From a virus, in IMG/VR virus record IMGVR_UViG_642555161_000005: 64,000 nucleotides of DNA. One strand, written 5' to 3'. The notes under the pieces are model-generated. The model did no database searches. It saw nothing but the letters and a program-made list of their open reading frames with translations, and was not told the origin of the DNA. Shown here piece by piece: positions 17,187-27,430 of this stretch. Each line of letters begins with the position of its first letter. Positions within the stretch are counted from its first letter, which is position 1. The position numbers and the translations under genes were made by a program.

Positions 17187-19487
17187 TCAGTTGTCGGCGT
17201 AAGGGGTGTAGGCAGGTGCTGGCGGGTACTTCAGGCCAAGACCCTGAAACCCACGCAGGCCCATGCCGTTGCGCCATTTGTCCAAGCCACGGGTGAGCAG
17301 CAGATCGGCAAAGCGTTTTTGCGACCCCGTGAACTCACCGGCGGCCTCGGCCCACTGTTTCCAGTCGTTGAACAGCTCGGCGGTCAGCGACTTGGCGTTG
17401 GCCTCGCGCACACAGCGCTCGTCCAGCCAGCGGCCCAGCGCGTCCTCGGCCTCGAAATATTCCTCGGTGGCTTCCACCACGCGCTGCGGCGGATCGAGCC
17501 GCCCGTGGCGTTGCCAGTCGAGGCAGCCTTGCACAGCCCACGCGAGGATGCCGTCACGCTCGGCCAGCAATTTCTGCTGCAGATGCTTGTCGCGGCGTTC
17601 GGGCGGCACGGTGATGGTGAACGGGATCAGGTGCAGCCGCCGCTTCATCGCTTCATCGATATTGCGGATGGCGGGCTTGTGGTTGCCCGCCACGAACAAC
17701 TTGAACTGCGGGAAGAACTCGAAGAAGTCCTGGCGCATGAAGCGCGCGGAGATCTTGTCGCCGCCGGTGAGGTTCTTGACCTTGGATTCCGCCCAGCGCC
17801 GTCCCTGTTCGGTTTCGATGGCGGCCACGAAGCGCGCGCCGCGCAGACCTGCCATGTCGGTCGGGTGCCGGTCGGTGCGCGTTTCCATGAAGGTGTCCAT
17901 CGGCGCGTTGGTCGCGTAGTCGCCCAAGATCGTGGCCAGCGTGTTGACGAACACCGACTTGCCGTTTGCACCCGTGCCGTACAGGAAGAACAGCGCGTGC
18001 TCCTGCGTCGCGCCGGTCAGCGCGTAGCCGACCATGCGCTGCAGATAGGCCTGCAGCGCCTGGTCGCCGCCCGTCACCTCGTCGATGAACTGCAACCAGG
18101 TCGGACACTCGCCGCTGGGCGTGGCCGTGGTGACCTTGGTCATCCGGTCGGCACGCTCGTGCGGACGCTGCCTGCCGGTCTTGAGATCGACCACGCCGCC
18201 CGGGGTGTTGAGCAGCCACGGATCGGCATCCCATTCGTCGGTGGTGGCCGCGTGCCTGCGATCCGCCCGTGCCAGCCGTTCTACGCCGCTGACCGTGCCG
18301 GAGCTGGCCAGTTTGGCGGCGACCTTGGGGTTGTCGGCACGCACGGCGGTCTGGCGGCAGACGCTGCGGATCAGATCGGTCGCCGCCAGGGTGTCCTCGG
18401 TGCGCCAGCGCTGCCCGTCCCACACCAGCCAGCGACCCCACGCGGCCACATAGCGCCAGTCGCGGTGGTAGCGGCGGGTGAAGGCCAGTGCCAGCGCATC
18501 TTCGGTGCCCCAGACGGATTCGTCGCTGCCAGCAACGGGTTCATCGGTGTCGGCCAGGTCATGCATTTGCAGACGCGGGCCGTGGGAGAGGAAGGTGGCG
18601 ACATCGAAGCCTTCGGCAATGGCGTCCGCCGCATCCCAGCCCTCCGGGGCATCCTCGGGTGGATACAGGATGTGGCAGGACTTGGCACCTGCTGTCAGCA
18701 CGACCTGCGCCGCCTGCGCTGCGTATTCCCAGCCCGGCTTGTCACGGTCGGGCCAGATCAGCACGGCCTTGCCAGACAGCGGCGACCAGTCGGTTTTGTC
18801 GACCGGAGCGTTCGCGCCGTGCATCGCCGTGGTGGCCGTGACGCCGAAGTCGATCAGCGCCTGCGCGCATTTCTCGCCTTCCACCAGCACCACCTGCGCG
18901 CTACTCGTCATGCCCGGCTGGTTGTACAGCGGACGCGGATCGGGCGGTGCCATCTTGTGCCGCTTGGCATCCCATGGGCGGAACTGCTTCTTGCCCCCGG
19001 GCGGGTCATAGCGATACACGACGGCGATCAGTTTTCCAGTGGCGTCGAGGTAGTCCCATTTGGCTGTGGCCGGGCCGAGGTCATCGACAGGCGCTGCCTG
19101 CTTCTTGCCCTTGCGTACCGGCGCGGAACGCGCACGCCCAAGCAGGTCGGCGGAGGCGTCCAGCACACGCGGAAAGTCGTGGGTCACATCGATGCCGAAG
19201 TGATTGCCGATCAGCGCGTACACATCACCGCCGGAATCATCGGCGCGATCCGTCCACAGGCCTGCCTTCTCGCCGTCGAGCACCACCTCGAGGCTGTCGC
19301 CCGGGCTGCCCAGCACATCGCCGATCAGGAACTTGCCCCGGCGCTTTTTGCCTGCCGGGAACAGCGTGAACAGCACGGACTCGAGGCACGCCAGCAAATC
19401 GGCGCGCAGTGCTTCGCGTTCGGCGTCGCTGAGGGTGCGGCGGTTGTTCTCGGGCGGTGGCGCAATGTCGTTGAAGTCGAGTGTCAT
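17187..19487 (-). CDS. P4-family primase-helicase (TOPRIM + D5/SF3 helicase)
   Basis: VEGEKCA and WPDRDKPG TOPRIM motifs; GTGANGKS Walker A; KNLTGGDKISARFMR. Confidence 0.93.
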   Translation of the reverse strand: MTLDFNDIAPPPENNRRTLSDAEREALRADLLACLESVLFTLFPAGKKRRGKFLIGDVLGSPGDSLEVVLDGEKAGLWTDRADDSGGDVYALIGNHFGIDVTHDFPRVLDASADLLGRARSAPVRKGKKQAAPVDDLGPATAKWDYLDATGKLIAVVYRYDPPGGKKQFRPWDAKRHKMAPPDPRPLYNQPGMTSSAQVVLVEGEKCAQALIDFGVTATTAMHGANAPVDKTDWSPLSGKAVLIWPDRDKPGWEYAAQAAQVVLTAGAKSCHILYPPEDAPEGWDAADAIAEGFDVATFLSHGPRLQMHDLADTDEPVAGSDESVWGTEDALALAFTRRYHRDWRYVAAWGRWLVWDGQRWRTEDTLAATDLIRSVCRQTAVRADNPKVAAKLASSGTVSGVERLARADRRHAATTDEWDADPWLLNTPGGVVDLKTGRQRPHERADRMTKVTTATPSGECPTWLQFIDEVTGGDQALQAYLQRMVGYALTGATQEHALFFLYGTGANGKSVFVNTLATILGDYATNAPMDTFMETRTDRHPTDMAGLRGARFVAAIETEQGRRWAESKVKNLTGGDKISARFMRQDFFEFFPQFKLFVAGNHKPAIRNIDEAMKRRLHLIPFTITVPPERRDKHLQQKLLAERDGILAWAVQGCLDWQRHGRLDPPQRVVEATEEYFEAEDALGRWLDERCVREANAKSLTAELFNDWKQWAEAAGEFTGSQKRFADLLLTRGLDKWRNGMGLRGFQGLGLKYPPAPAYTPYADN

Positions 19488-19738
19488 TCGACCTCCTCGG
19501 CGGCAGCATCCACCTCGTATTCAGTACGGCCTTGGACTGCGGCACTGCGAGCTGCCCACGCAGAAAGCTCGGACAGCCGATAGCGCACCAGACCACCCAT
19601 CAGGTAATGCGGGATGCGGTACTTGCTGCGCATCGCGTGGTCGGCAAACCAGTAGTACGGCAGGCGCAGCGCGGCCGCTGCCTGCTTGGCGTCGATCATC
19701 GGCTCGACGCTTTGGGCCGGTGTTGAGTGATCGGTCAT
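19484..19738 (-). CDS. Small HTH (excisionase/AlpA-like) protein
   Basis: MIDAKQAAAALRL...IPHYLMGGLVRYRLSEL. Confidence 0.7.
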   Translation of the reverse strand: MTDHSTPAQSVEPMIDAKQAAAALRLPYYWFADHAMRSKYRIPHYLMGGLVRYRLSELSAWAARSAAVQGRTEYEVDAAAEEVE

Positions 19739-20472
19739 GCTTGCGTCCTCCAGCAGCGGTCTTGCCACGCGCACATCCGGCATTCGAAGTGGGTCGGGTC
19801 ATGGAAGGCGCGTGGCAGCAGTTCGCCTGCCTCGGTGGCCGAGATGACCTTCGCCGCCCGATCCGACATGCGCTGGGCCAGCGCCGCGTCAAAGGGTACG
19901 AGCTCGGTGTAGATCTCCATCGTGTCGGCGTTGAGCGCCGTGAAGATCGCCGGGTGCTCGTGCAGTTCGAGATAGGCTTGGTAGATCGCCACTTGCGCGG
20001 CATAGATGGGCTTGGAGATGGCCAGTCCCTTTTTCTCCAGATCGCTCCAGGACTTGTTGCCCAAGCATTTGCATTCCCACAGCGCCGGATAGGCAAAGCT
20101 CTCGGGGCCGCCGACGATGACGCCATCGACGTGTCCCTGCAGGCGGCCATCGGCCACCGAGAAACCGAACTGCTCGCCATCAGGTTTGCGGGTGCGCAGA
20201 TCGAACCCTGCATTCCGCAACCACGCGACCATGCAGTCCTCCATCACATGGCCGCGCTCGAAGATGCGCAGAATCCGGCCCTGCACATCCCGCCCGTGGT
20301 CGATGGGAGCCTTGGCGTACTCGAACTGCAGTGCACGCTCGCAAGCCACCCCGAGGCGCGAGGCCCCGAGGTACTGGCGCTCGGACTGGTGGGCGCGGGT
20401 TTGTTGCATTCCGGCATCGACCAGCGCGGTGAGCTGGCCAGAGAGGCTCGAAGATGAGTTGAAATCCAGCAT
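19735..20472 (-). CDS. PD-(D/E)XK Cas4-like exonuclease
   Basis: YLGASRLGVACER, GHVDG, WECK, QVAIY and C-terminal CRMC..DRC. Confidence 0.85.
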   Translation of the reverse strand: MLDFNSSSSLSGQLTALVDAGMQQTRAHQSERQYLGASRLGVACERALQFEYAKAPIDHGRDVQGRILRIFERGHVMEDCMVAWLRNAGFDLRTRKPDGEQFGFSVADGRLQGHVDGVIVGGPESFAYPALWECKCLGNKSWSDLEKKGLAISKPIYAAQVAIYQAYLELHEHPAIFTALNADTMEIYTELVPFDAALAQRMSDRAAKVISATEAGELLPRAFHDPTHFECRMCAWQDRCWRTQA

Positions 20473-20482
20473 CACGGTCTCC

Positions 20483-20959
20483 TCAGAACGGAATGTCATC
20501 GTCGAAATCGACGAAGGGATTGGCGGCATCGGGTGCCAGCGGATCGGGCGTGGGCGGCAAGCCCCGCACGGGCGGGAACTTGGTGGCCTCGTGATGCGCG
20601 GCCATCGCCTCCGTGTAGCAGGTGACGATGGCGTCGATGACGCGCAGCGCCTCTGCCTCGGCGTAGTCGCCCAGTGGCTTGGCAAAACCGATCTCGCCTG
20701 CCGCCGCGCCGAAGGCCTTGAGGCACTGGCGCATGGCGGCCCGTTCGACATCAGATGGATCGATCATGGCGACCTCCGTCCTGTCGATGCGCCCGTCCTT
20801 GGCGCGCTGCCAGTTGCCGTACATCTGGTGAAAAATGTCCTGACAGCGACGCGAGCAGAACACCCAATCGAGCACGTAGCGGCGCGGGTCGGCGGTCTTG
20901 AAGCGACCGTCCGAGTGGCCGTAGCCGCGTGCCTGTCGTTTGCAGACCCAGCATTTCAT
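20483..20959 (-). CDS. Zn-ribbon-containing hypothetical protein
   Basis: CWVC...FCSRRC; ends in DDDIPF. Confidence 0.7.
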   Translation of the reverse strand: MKCWVCKRQARGYGHSDGRFKTADPRRYVLDWVFCSRRCQDIFHQMYGNWQRAKDGRIDRTEVAMIDPSDVERAAMRQCLKAFGAAAGEIGFAKPLGDYAEAEALRVIDAIVTCYTEAMAAHHEATKFPPVRGLPPTPDPLAPDAANPFVDFDDDIPF

Positions 20960-21038
20960 GGCGTACATCCCTGTACGCCACCCTGCGGGCGGCCTGCGGC
21001 CGTGCAAATTGGTTCCTGACCATTTGTCATTACCTCCC

Positions 21039-21680
21039 TCACTGCGCCCACGACGGTTTGCCCGTCACGGGTGCGCGTTGCGGAGCGGGTGCCGGGGCTT
21101 GATAGGCCGGTGCAGCCACCTGCGCCGGAGCGCCGGAATTGCCACCGCCCGTGGCCTTGGGCGGTACGCCCATGAACTTGGCGTAGTCGGGGTGATCGGG
21201 CTCGACGGCGACCTTGACCACGTTGCGATCCAGACCCTTGCCGTCCTTCTCAATGTCGACGCGGGCGAGGAACTCCAAGCCATCCAGTTCGTGGAAACCC
21301 TGGATACGGCGTGCGGCGGCGGCCTGCGGGCTGTTGTCCTGCGGATGGACGTTGCGGGCGCTGTTGAGCGCGGCGCGAATGAAGGTGCGCCCCATCTGGC
21401 CCCAGGTCGGGCCTTTCTGCGAGTGCAGGCCGATGTTCGACCACATCTTGCGTTTGGCGTGATCGCCCGCCGTGACCACGAATTCGGCGGCGAGATAGAC
21501 GGAGCCGGTGTCGAAGGACTGGGTGGCATAGCCGCCGCCCCAGCCTTGGCTGACGTCGTCATAACCGCCAGGCTTGAGGGTCATGCGCACCGGCACGATT
21601 GCGCCCTTGGGGATCAGGTCAAAGCCGGACTGCTGTTGTTCGGCGTCGTTGAAGTCGTTCCAGTTGTTCTGCGTGGTCAT
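21039..21680 (-). CDS. Putative ssDNA-binding protein (DUF669-like)
   Basis: FDLIPKG, OB-like core, Pro/Ala tail ending KPSWAQ; follows the AAA ATPase. Confidence 0.7.
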   Translation of the reverse strand: MTTQNNWNDFNDAEQQQSGFDLIPKGAIVPVRMTLKPGGYDDVSQGWGGGYATQSFDTGSVYLAAEFVVTAGDHAKRKMWSNIGLHSQKGPTWGQMGRTFIRAALNSARNVHPQDNSPQAAAARRIQGFHELDGLEFLARVDIEKDGKGLDRNVVKVAVEPDHPDYAKFMGVPPKATGGGNSGAPAQVAAPAYQAPAPAPQRAPVTGKPSWAQ

Positions 21681-21685
21681 GGTGG

Positions 21686-22540
21686 TTATTCCTTGGATTC
21701 GATGGATGCGGGGATGGCGGCGCTGGCGGGCGTGCCGGATGGCGTGGAGAGGCCCGCGCACTTGGCGATCAGCGCGCCGAGATCAGGGGGTTCGAGCGGG
21801 TCGAGGCGACCGCTGCGGTCTTTGGCCGGAAAGCCGTAGGAGTTGACGGTGTGGGTGACGAAGGCGCGGTAGGCGCTGCCGTCCTCGGCCTTGATCTCGG
21901 CCAGCGTCACCACCTCATCGACGATGCCGGGCAATTCGAGGCTGGTCTTGCTGCCCTCTATCTGCGGCACGAACACCTTGCGGTTGTAGTCATCGAGGCG
22001 CTCATCGAGGATGGCGACGAACACCACGTTCTTGCCGCGTGCGTGCTGCAGGTGGGTCAGCGCGCCGATCATTTCCTGGCCGAGCAGGCCGTAGGCCGCA
22101 CGCAGATCCGGCTTGCCGGAGCGGTCGCTGACGGCACCCGGCTGCGTCTTGCACCACGCGAAACACTGGCGCGACAGCTGGGTGATCGAGTCGAGAAAGA
22201 AGGTCTGGTAGCGGCCCAGCTGCGCCGGGTCACCGAACTTCTCGACGACGTGAGCGAAATGCGCCTGCGAGAACGCCGACTCCGGCGGCAGCGACTTGTC
22301 CGGGCCCGCGAGGAACACGAAGAAGTCGCGGCTCTCGGGCCAGGACGCCGGACGGATGGTGTCGCCCGGCCAATCGGCCACGGCCAGATCACCGGCCTCG
22401 ATGTCGAGGAACAAGGTGGTGGCGGGGTCGAGATCTTTGAGTCGGGTGGTCTTGCCGATGCCGGACTTGCCAAGCATCAGGAGCTTGACGCCCTTGCGCT
22501 CGGCCATGCGCTGCTGCGCGGAGATGATGGGAAGGCTCAT
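21686..22540 (-). CDS. AAA-type ATPase (Sak4-like recombination protein)
   Basis: GKSGIGKT, LDIEAG, FLDSIT and AKDRSG motifs. Confidence 0.85.
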   Translation of the reverse strand: MSLPIISAQQRMAERKGVKLLMLGKSGIGKTTRLKDLDPATTLFLDIEAGDLAVADWPGDTIRPASWPESRDFFVFLAGPDKSLPPESAFSQAHFAHVVEKFGDPAQLGRYQTFFLDSITQLSRQCFAWCKTQPGAVSDRSGKPDLRAAYGLLGQEMIGALTHLQHARGKNVVFVAILDERLDDYNRKVFVPQIEGSKTSLELPGIVDEVVTLAEIKAEDGSAYRAFVTHTVNSYGFPAKDRSGRLDPLEPPDLGALIAKCAGLSTPSGTPASAAIPASIESKE

Positions 22541-23301
22541 CACGCGGCCTCCTTCAGCTCGTCGGCAACCGCCGGGTTCCAGAGGATCTGGTAGCCGCTG
22601 TGGCCGTTGCGCGAGTACGGCATGGCTTCGGCCCATGCTTCACCAGCCTCGGTCAGTTCCCATTCGTCGCGGTCGTTGCGAAACTGGAAGCCGCCTGCCG
22701 CCAGCATCTGGTTGGTGGCCTTGGCCGAACGGTTCAGCAGCTTGCCGAGCTGGGTGGCATTGAGCGCGCAGATCGGCTCATTGGCCGACGGCAGCGCACG
22801 GCGCAGCACCTCGGTGGTGATGCCGGTGTTCTCCTGAATGCATGTGAGCGTTGCCGCTGCGGCGATGCCCGGCTTCACGCCCGGCACCTTCGCTACAGCC
22901 TCGCCGATCAGCAGGATTGCGGACACGCGGTCGTGGGTCGGCGCGGGCAAGGCCGCCAGCGCACTGGGGGCGGCGTAGCTGCCGGTCTTGCGGATCGCGG
23001 GCAGCACTTCACTGGTGAGCCAACGCTTGAAACGCTTGGCGGCATCCTTGGTGCTGCCGAGGATCAGGGCGTAGAGGCCAGACTCGTTGACATGGTTGGC
23101 GCGCTGCGTGCGGCCGAGGTTGTCGATGACCTCCAATTTCTGGAGATCATCACCATCGACGTGGGATTTGATCGCCTGAGACGGATTGCCCATCTCCAAG
23201 GCATTGCAGACGTCGCTGGCGTTGAACCACGGCAGGCCAGCACCATCGACCTGGATGCGCACGGCGTGTGCTTCGAACTGGAAGGGAATGATTGCGCTCA
23301 T
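22540..23301 (-). CDS. BRO-N family antirepressor-like protein
   Basis: PWFNASDVC, VNESGLYALI and FKRWLTSEVLPAIRKTGSY motifs. Confidence 0.9.
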   Translation of the reverse strand: MSAIIPFQFEAHAVRIQVDGAGLPWFNASDVCNALEMGNPSQAIKSHVDGDDLQKLEVIDNLGRTQRANHVNESGLYALILGSTKDAAKRFKRWLTSEVLPAIRKTGSYAAPSALAALPAPTHDRVSAILLIGEAVAKVPGVKPGIAAAATLTCIQENTGITTEVLRRALPSANEPICALNATQLGKLLNRSAKATNQMLAAGGFQFRNDRDEWELTEAGEAWAEAMPYSRNGHSGYQILWNPAVADELKEAA

Positions 23302-23306
23302 GGCGA

Positions 23307-23783
23307 TTACTCCGAATCGAGGGAAGGGGTGAAAGACGGCTTGCCGCAATCCACGGTGCGGGCGGCGGCGAACTGCTGTTGCAGCGCCGGAGGCCAGTTC
23401 GTGTAGCGGGATTCGGAGACGGACAACTTGATGTCGAGGTAGCCCTCGACCTTCTCGCCCGAGGCGACGATGCGTTCGGCGATCTCGGTCAACTGCTGCT
23501 GGTTCCAGCTGACCTTCTTGGGCAGCTCGAACTTCAGATGTAGCGGGCCATCGCTGATGTGGGCGGTGCCGAAATCGCGACCGGATTCACGCAGTGCGGC
23601 GCGGGCCTGCTCTCCGTAGGCCGCATCCAGCGCGGCATCGAACTTGGTGCGTGCCTTCTTGAGCCAGTCAATGGCTGCGTCGAGGTTCTTGTCGATTTCC
23701 GCCTTCTGCTCGGGCGGCAGCGCAGCCAGCTGGCTGACGGACATCTCGGCGATGTCGGCGGGGAAGATGGTTAGATCGTTCAT
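23307..23783 (-). CDS. Hypothetical phage protein
   Basis: In operon with RBS GGGAG; KKVSWNQ motif. Confidence 0.75.
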   Translation of the reverse strand: MNDLTIFPADIAEMSVSQLAALPPEQKAEIDKNLDAAIDWLKKARTKFDAALDAAYGEQARAALRESGRDFGTAHISDGPLHLKFELPKKVSWNQQQLTEIAERIVASGEKVEGYLDIKLSVSESRYTNWPPALQQQFAAARTVDCGKPSFTPSLDSE

Positions 23784-23794
23784 GGCCATCTCCC

Positions 23795-24058
23795 TCACTG
23801 GTACGCACGAGTGAAGCTGGAGTAACGCGAGACGCGTCGCTCGAAGGCTTCGATTTCGTGCAGGAGGTAGGTGACGCGGCGGCCGAGCTTGCAGTAGATC
23901 GGTCCGAGCTGTTCCTGACGCCAGCGGCGCAAGGTCTTGACGGAGAGCCCCCAGCGGATGGCGAGCTCGTTTTCGTCGAGGGCGATGCACACGGCACCGC
24001 CGGGGTTGGGTCGGAAGGAGTCCCGACCGGTTTGGGTTGCTGGAACTTGGGTTTGCAT
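23795..24058 (-). CDS. HTH excisionase/AlpA-like DNA-binding protein
   Basis: ELAIRWGLSVKTLRRWR...GPIYCKLGRRVTY; RBS AGGAGG within an 11-bp IR (24059-24094). Confidence 0.85.
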   Translation of the reverse strand: MQTQVPATQTGRDSFRPNPGGAVCIALDENELAIRWGLSVKTLRRWRQEQLGPIYCKLGRRVTYLLHEIEAFERRVSRYSSFTRAYQ

Positions 24059-24152
24059 TTCGATGTGCCTCCTAGATGAAATGGGCACATCGAAGTCTCC
24101 GCATGGAACTACGGACTGAATCCGGATCGGACTCCGGAAAAATCTACGACCT

Positions 24153-25082
24153 TCATTGGCGGCGGACTTGGTAGTAGCCGCCAGACTTCACGAGAACGAG
24201 GAAGTCCTCCCGCGTTTCCTTGTCGCCGAAGGCCTCATCAAAAGATCTGGCAGCAGAGTGGACTTGCGGTTTGACATCGACCCACTTCATAGCCGGTGGC
24301 GTCTTGCCTTCTACGCCCCACATCACTTTCAGAATTGCCGCCCGCGTATCACTCACCAGTCGTGATGAAGCAAAGTGAGGCAATTTCACGCGGGTGCCTT
24401 GTAGATACTGCTCTGGCTCCGGCGCACCACTGGGCGTGACGTAGCCGCGCAGTACCCGGTCGAATGCGCTCGCGTCGAAAACATCCTGCCCGTCATCCAC
24501 GCGAACGAACTCGTCGAGCGCCCGAATCACATGGTCACGGGGCAGATCTGCCTGAACTCGGCGGGCCTGCAAAATCACGCCACCGCGCGACCACACCGAG
24601 TCGGCCAGAACGGAGGATGTGCCAGCGACTGGCGCGCGCGCCCACGCCCGCCCGACAAACACCGGGGCAAAATCATGCGTCCCGGCGATGCGCATGTCGC
24701 CGAGGTGCCAGAGGTGCTGTGGCGTGCGGCATGGGCGGCTGGCGCGCCGCCGATCTTCGATGCCGATCAGGCGGGCCAAATCGGCCAGCCATGGCTCGAT
24801 CTGGATGCCGTACAACGCGATCTCGTTCAATGGCTGCACGACAGTGCGACCGTCCAGCGGGCTGCGATAGCGGTAGCACCCCGCATCCGGATCAGCCTCG
24901 ATTTCGACCTCGCATTCGGAGTCGAGGAACGGGGCCATCACATGCGTGAGATGACCCTCGGCGGTGACCCAGCCCCGCTGCAGGAACTGTGAACAGTCAC
25001 GCCCGAGCATTGTGGCCAGCACAGGCGTGGCCAGGCTCGATAGCCTGTCGATGGCGATCAAGAAGCGCAGGTGCAATGACAT
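24153..25082 (-). CDS. Hypothetical protein (309 aa), possible C-terminal winged helix
   Basis: Long ORF in operon with the 474-aa gene; ends ...GGYYQVRRQ. Confidence 0.75.
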   Translation of the reverse strand: MSLHLRFLIAIDRLSSLATPVLATMLGRDCSQFLQRGWVTAEGHLTHVMAPFLDSECEVEIEADPDAGCYRYRSPLDGRTVVQPLNEIALYGIQIEPWLADLARLIGIEDRRRASRPCRTPQHLWHLGDMRIAGTHDFAPVFVGRAWARAPVAGTSSVLADSVWSRGGVILQARRVQADLPRDHVIRALDEFVRVDDGQDVFDASAFDRVLRGYVTPSGAPEPEQYLQGTRVKLPHFASSRLVSDTRAAILKVMWGVEGKTPPAMKWVDVKPQVHSAARSFDEAFGDKETREDFLVLVKSGGYYQVRRQ

Positions 25083-25095
25083 TGTCGGCGCTCCC

Positions 25096-26520
25096 TCAGA
25101 ATTCGCTCAGGACGCCGAGGCGGATCAACTGCTCCAGCACGCGCTTGCGGTCGTCCTCCGTTTTGCTCTTGTCGTTCAGGCCGTTGGGGGCGGTGATCTG
25201 CACGGCGACGTTGTGGGCCTTGCGGTGGGGCTGTGCGGCCATGCGCATCACCAGCTTCACCTGCACCAGCGCGTACTGGCTCAGATCCTCGGCGGCGTAA
25301 TCCTCATAGGCGACCTGATAGATGTTGCGACCATCGCGCCGGTCGCGGGTGATTTCCATCTTGCTCGCCAGCTGCCGGGCGACGGCTTTTCCACCCAGCT
25401 CCATCTGTTGCTCAAATGGCTTGGCCACCTTGATCTGCAAGATGTCGATTTTCTCGATGTCCGCGATGCGATCCTGTTCTAGCCGCTGGAGCATGGCCGA
25501 TGTCGAAAACCCGAGCAGATCGAATTGACGCATTGGCATGTCATCAATCGCGCCCTCATGCGCCAACGCCACATCACGGAAGATGGTGGCAAGCTCCCGG
25601 CGCTTTTCCCGGTCTTCGCAGAACACAGTCAGCGCCCCGGTGGCCGGTTCCCAGGAAAAGCGCGCCGACATGGCTGCGGGTTCCTCGTGATCGACCACCT
25701 GGCCATCTTCCACCTGCCGGTAATGCGCGGTGGAGCCATTGAAGGTGGCGCACAGCGTGTGCAGCTGGGTCAGGGGTTCGTCGTCAGCCTCGTCATCATC
25801 TTCGCGCTGTGCGTGCGACAGGCCGCACCGCACAAACTGCTCGATCAGGATTTGCTCCTTCGGCACATGCGGGAACAGCTCGGCAATCCGTGTGCGCAGC
25901 GTTTCCTCAATGTCATCGCCACTTTTCGGCTCCACCCCCTTGGGGCCAAGGTAGTGGCTGGAGAAGTGCTCGCTTTTCCACTGACGGTGCATCACCTGTT
26001 CGTGCTCGGCCTGATCGAAGCGCGCTTCGCGGCGTGCTCCGGCCTCGGGAAATTCCTGCAGGATGCACAGGTGCAGTGCGCGGCTGTGGCGGTCGCTGGG
26101 CGCGGCGAGTACGGCGGCATCGTCTTCGCGCCGTGCATCGAGCACCGCCTGAACGGCCTGCGCGCCGTAGTCATCGCCGAGCAGGATCACTCGTTCAACA
26201 GCATCCTCGAGGCGCTGACGGATGGGATCATCCAGCTTGGCCACGCAATGGAAAAATGCCTGACGGGATTCGACCGGCAGTTTTCCCTTGGCGGCATCAG
26301 CCAGTGCCTGCAGCTCCGGCAACGCATCGCCGCTGGCGTGTTCGAGCAGGCGCACCACCAGCGCCGGGCGCTTGACCTTGCGCAGGAGATCGACGAAATG
26401 CTCCATCCCGGGCAGGATGGTGGGGCCGTCATCGGATCGCTGTTCGCGCGCACGTTTCGGTGACGACTTCGGGTTGACCACTTTCTCCTGCTGGGCGGTG
26501 GTGGTGTGACCGGTAGGCAT
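25096..26520 (-). CDS. Hypothetical protein (474 aa)
   Basis: RBS AAGGAG, long ORF downstream of the ImmA-like gene. Confidence 0.8.
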   Translation of the reverse strand: MPTGHTTTAQQEKVVNPKSSPKRAREQRSDDGPTILPGMEHFVDLLRKVKRPALVVRLLEHASGDALPELQALADAAKGKLPVESRQAFFHCVAKLDDPIRQRLEDAVERVILLGDDYGAQAVQAVLDARREDDAAVLAAPSDRHSRALHLCILQEFPEAGARREARFDQAEHEQVMHRQWKSEHFSSHYLGPKGVEPKSGDDIEETLRTRIAELFPHVPKEQILIEQFVRCGLSHAQREDDDEADDEPLTQLHTLCATFNGSTAHYRQVEDGQVVDHEEPAAMSARFSWEPATGALTVFCEDREKRRELATIFRDVALAHEGAIDDMPMRQFDLLGFSTSAMLQRLEQDRIADIEKIDILQIKVAKPFEQQMELGGKAVARQLASKMEITRDRRDGRNIYQVAYEDYAAEDLSQYALVQVKLVMRMAAQPHRKAHNVAVQITAPNGLNDKSKTEDDRKRVLEQLIRLGVLSEF

Positions 26521-26547
26521 AGGCAGACTCCTTCAGAAAGTGCGCGA

Positions 26548-26566
26548 TTGCGCGAACTGTTAATAG
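26548..26566. promoter_or_regulatory. Operator-like 19-mer, copy B
   Basis: TTGCGCGAACTGTTAATAG, 16/19 identical to 27723-27741. Confidence 0.6.
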
Positions 26567-26617
26567 CTGGGTTCAAAAAATGCCGACGGGAGGTCGGCGC
26601 GGGCGGGATGGCAATGG

Positions 26618-27430
26618 TCAGCGCACGAAGTTCTCCGGACGGATCAGGCCGTAGCGTTGCATGCGCACCTGCACAAAGCGTGGGTTGACGCCAAAACGCA
26701 GGGCCAGCGCGCGCTCCAGTAATTCCATGTCCGCTCGGTCATCGGCGGTGAGATGCAGGCTGGTGCCGGGGATCTCCGGGTCAATCGACGGGCCGCGATG
26801 CAGGTGGACGTTGTATTCCGGGGCCAGCGCTTCTGCGGCCGCGTTCAAGAGCTGGCGCGGCACCAGCAGCGAACCCATGAACTCATTGGCGCGCAGTTCG
26901 GCAAAATGCACGTCGGACGCCAGCGCTGCCGGTACGCCGGTAGGCACCTTCGCCAAGTGCTCGCTGTCCGGCGTGGTGGTGCGGTAGGCGCGCTGCACGG
27001 CTGGCTCGAAGGCATCGAACAGCCCCGGCCCCTTGCTGCCGTCCATGATCCAGCCCGGCGCATCGAATACTGCATGGCCCAATTCGTGGGCCAGCGTGCT
27101 CAGTGCCAGCAGTTCGCTGAGTTTTTCGCCAACGGGCGAGACGCACACCATCGCGGTGTCGGGAACACCAGGGTCGTACTCGCAGATACCGAATACGTGG
27201 TTGCCGTCCTCGTCGTGCACCTCGCATTCGGCGCTGACCTCGAGCGCGAAGTCGATGCCGTTGATCTTCAAGCGCTCGATTTGGCGCAGCGTGTCGAAGG
27301 CAATCGCATCAACGCCACCCCCGACCAACTGCTGACGGGCCAGCGCGGCGATGGCTTCGATCTCGATGTGCTTGATGTATTTGGGGCGCTTGCGGTCGCA
27401 ATGCCGATAGTCGAGGGTCAGAACCGGCAT
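26618..27430 (-). CDS. ImmA/IrrE-family metallopeptidase
   Basis: TLAHELGH and ELRANEFMGSLL zinc-protease motifs; follows the Xre gene. Confidence 0.9.
   Translation of the reverse strand: MPVLTLDYRHCDRKRPKYIKHIEIEAIAALARQQLVGGGVDAIAFDTLRQIERLKINGIDFALEVSAECEVHDEDGNHVFGICEYDPGVPDTAMVCVSPVGEKLSELLALSTLAHELGHAVFDAPGWIMDGSKGPGLFDAFEPAVQRAYRTTTPDSEHLAKVPTGVPAALASDVHFAELRANEFMGSLLVPRQLLNAAAEALAPEYNVHLHRGPSIDPEIPGTSLHLTADDRADMELLERALALRFGVNPRFVQVRMQRYGLIRPENFVR

Noticed and set aside
17319..19583. 754-aa plus-strand ORF (likewise 6639..8348, 60839..63088 and similar)
   Set aside because: Antisense shadows of high-GC genes with no recognisable motifs
19735..20472. Cas4-like nuclease as evidence of CRISPR-Cas
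   Set aside because: No repeat-spacer array or other cas genes seen; the context (AAA ATPase, SSB-like, primase) is a phage recombination module
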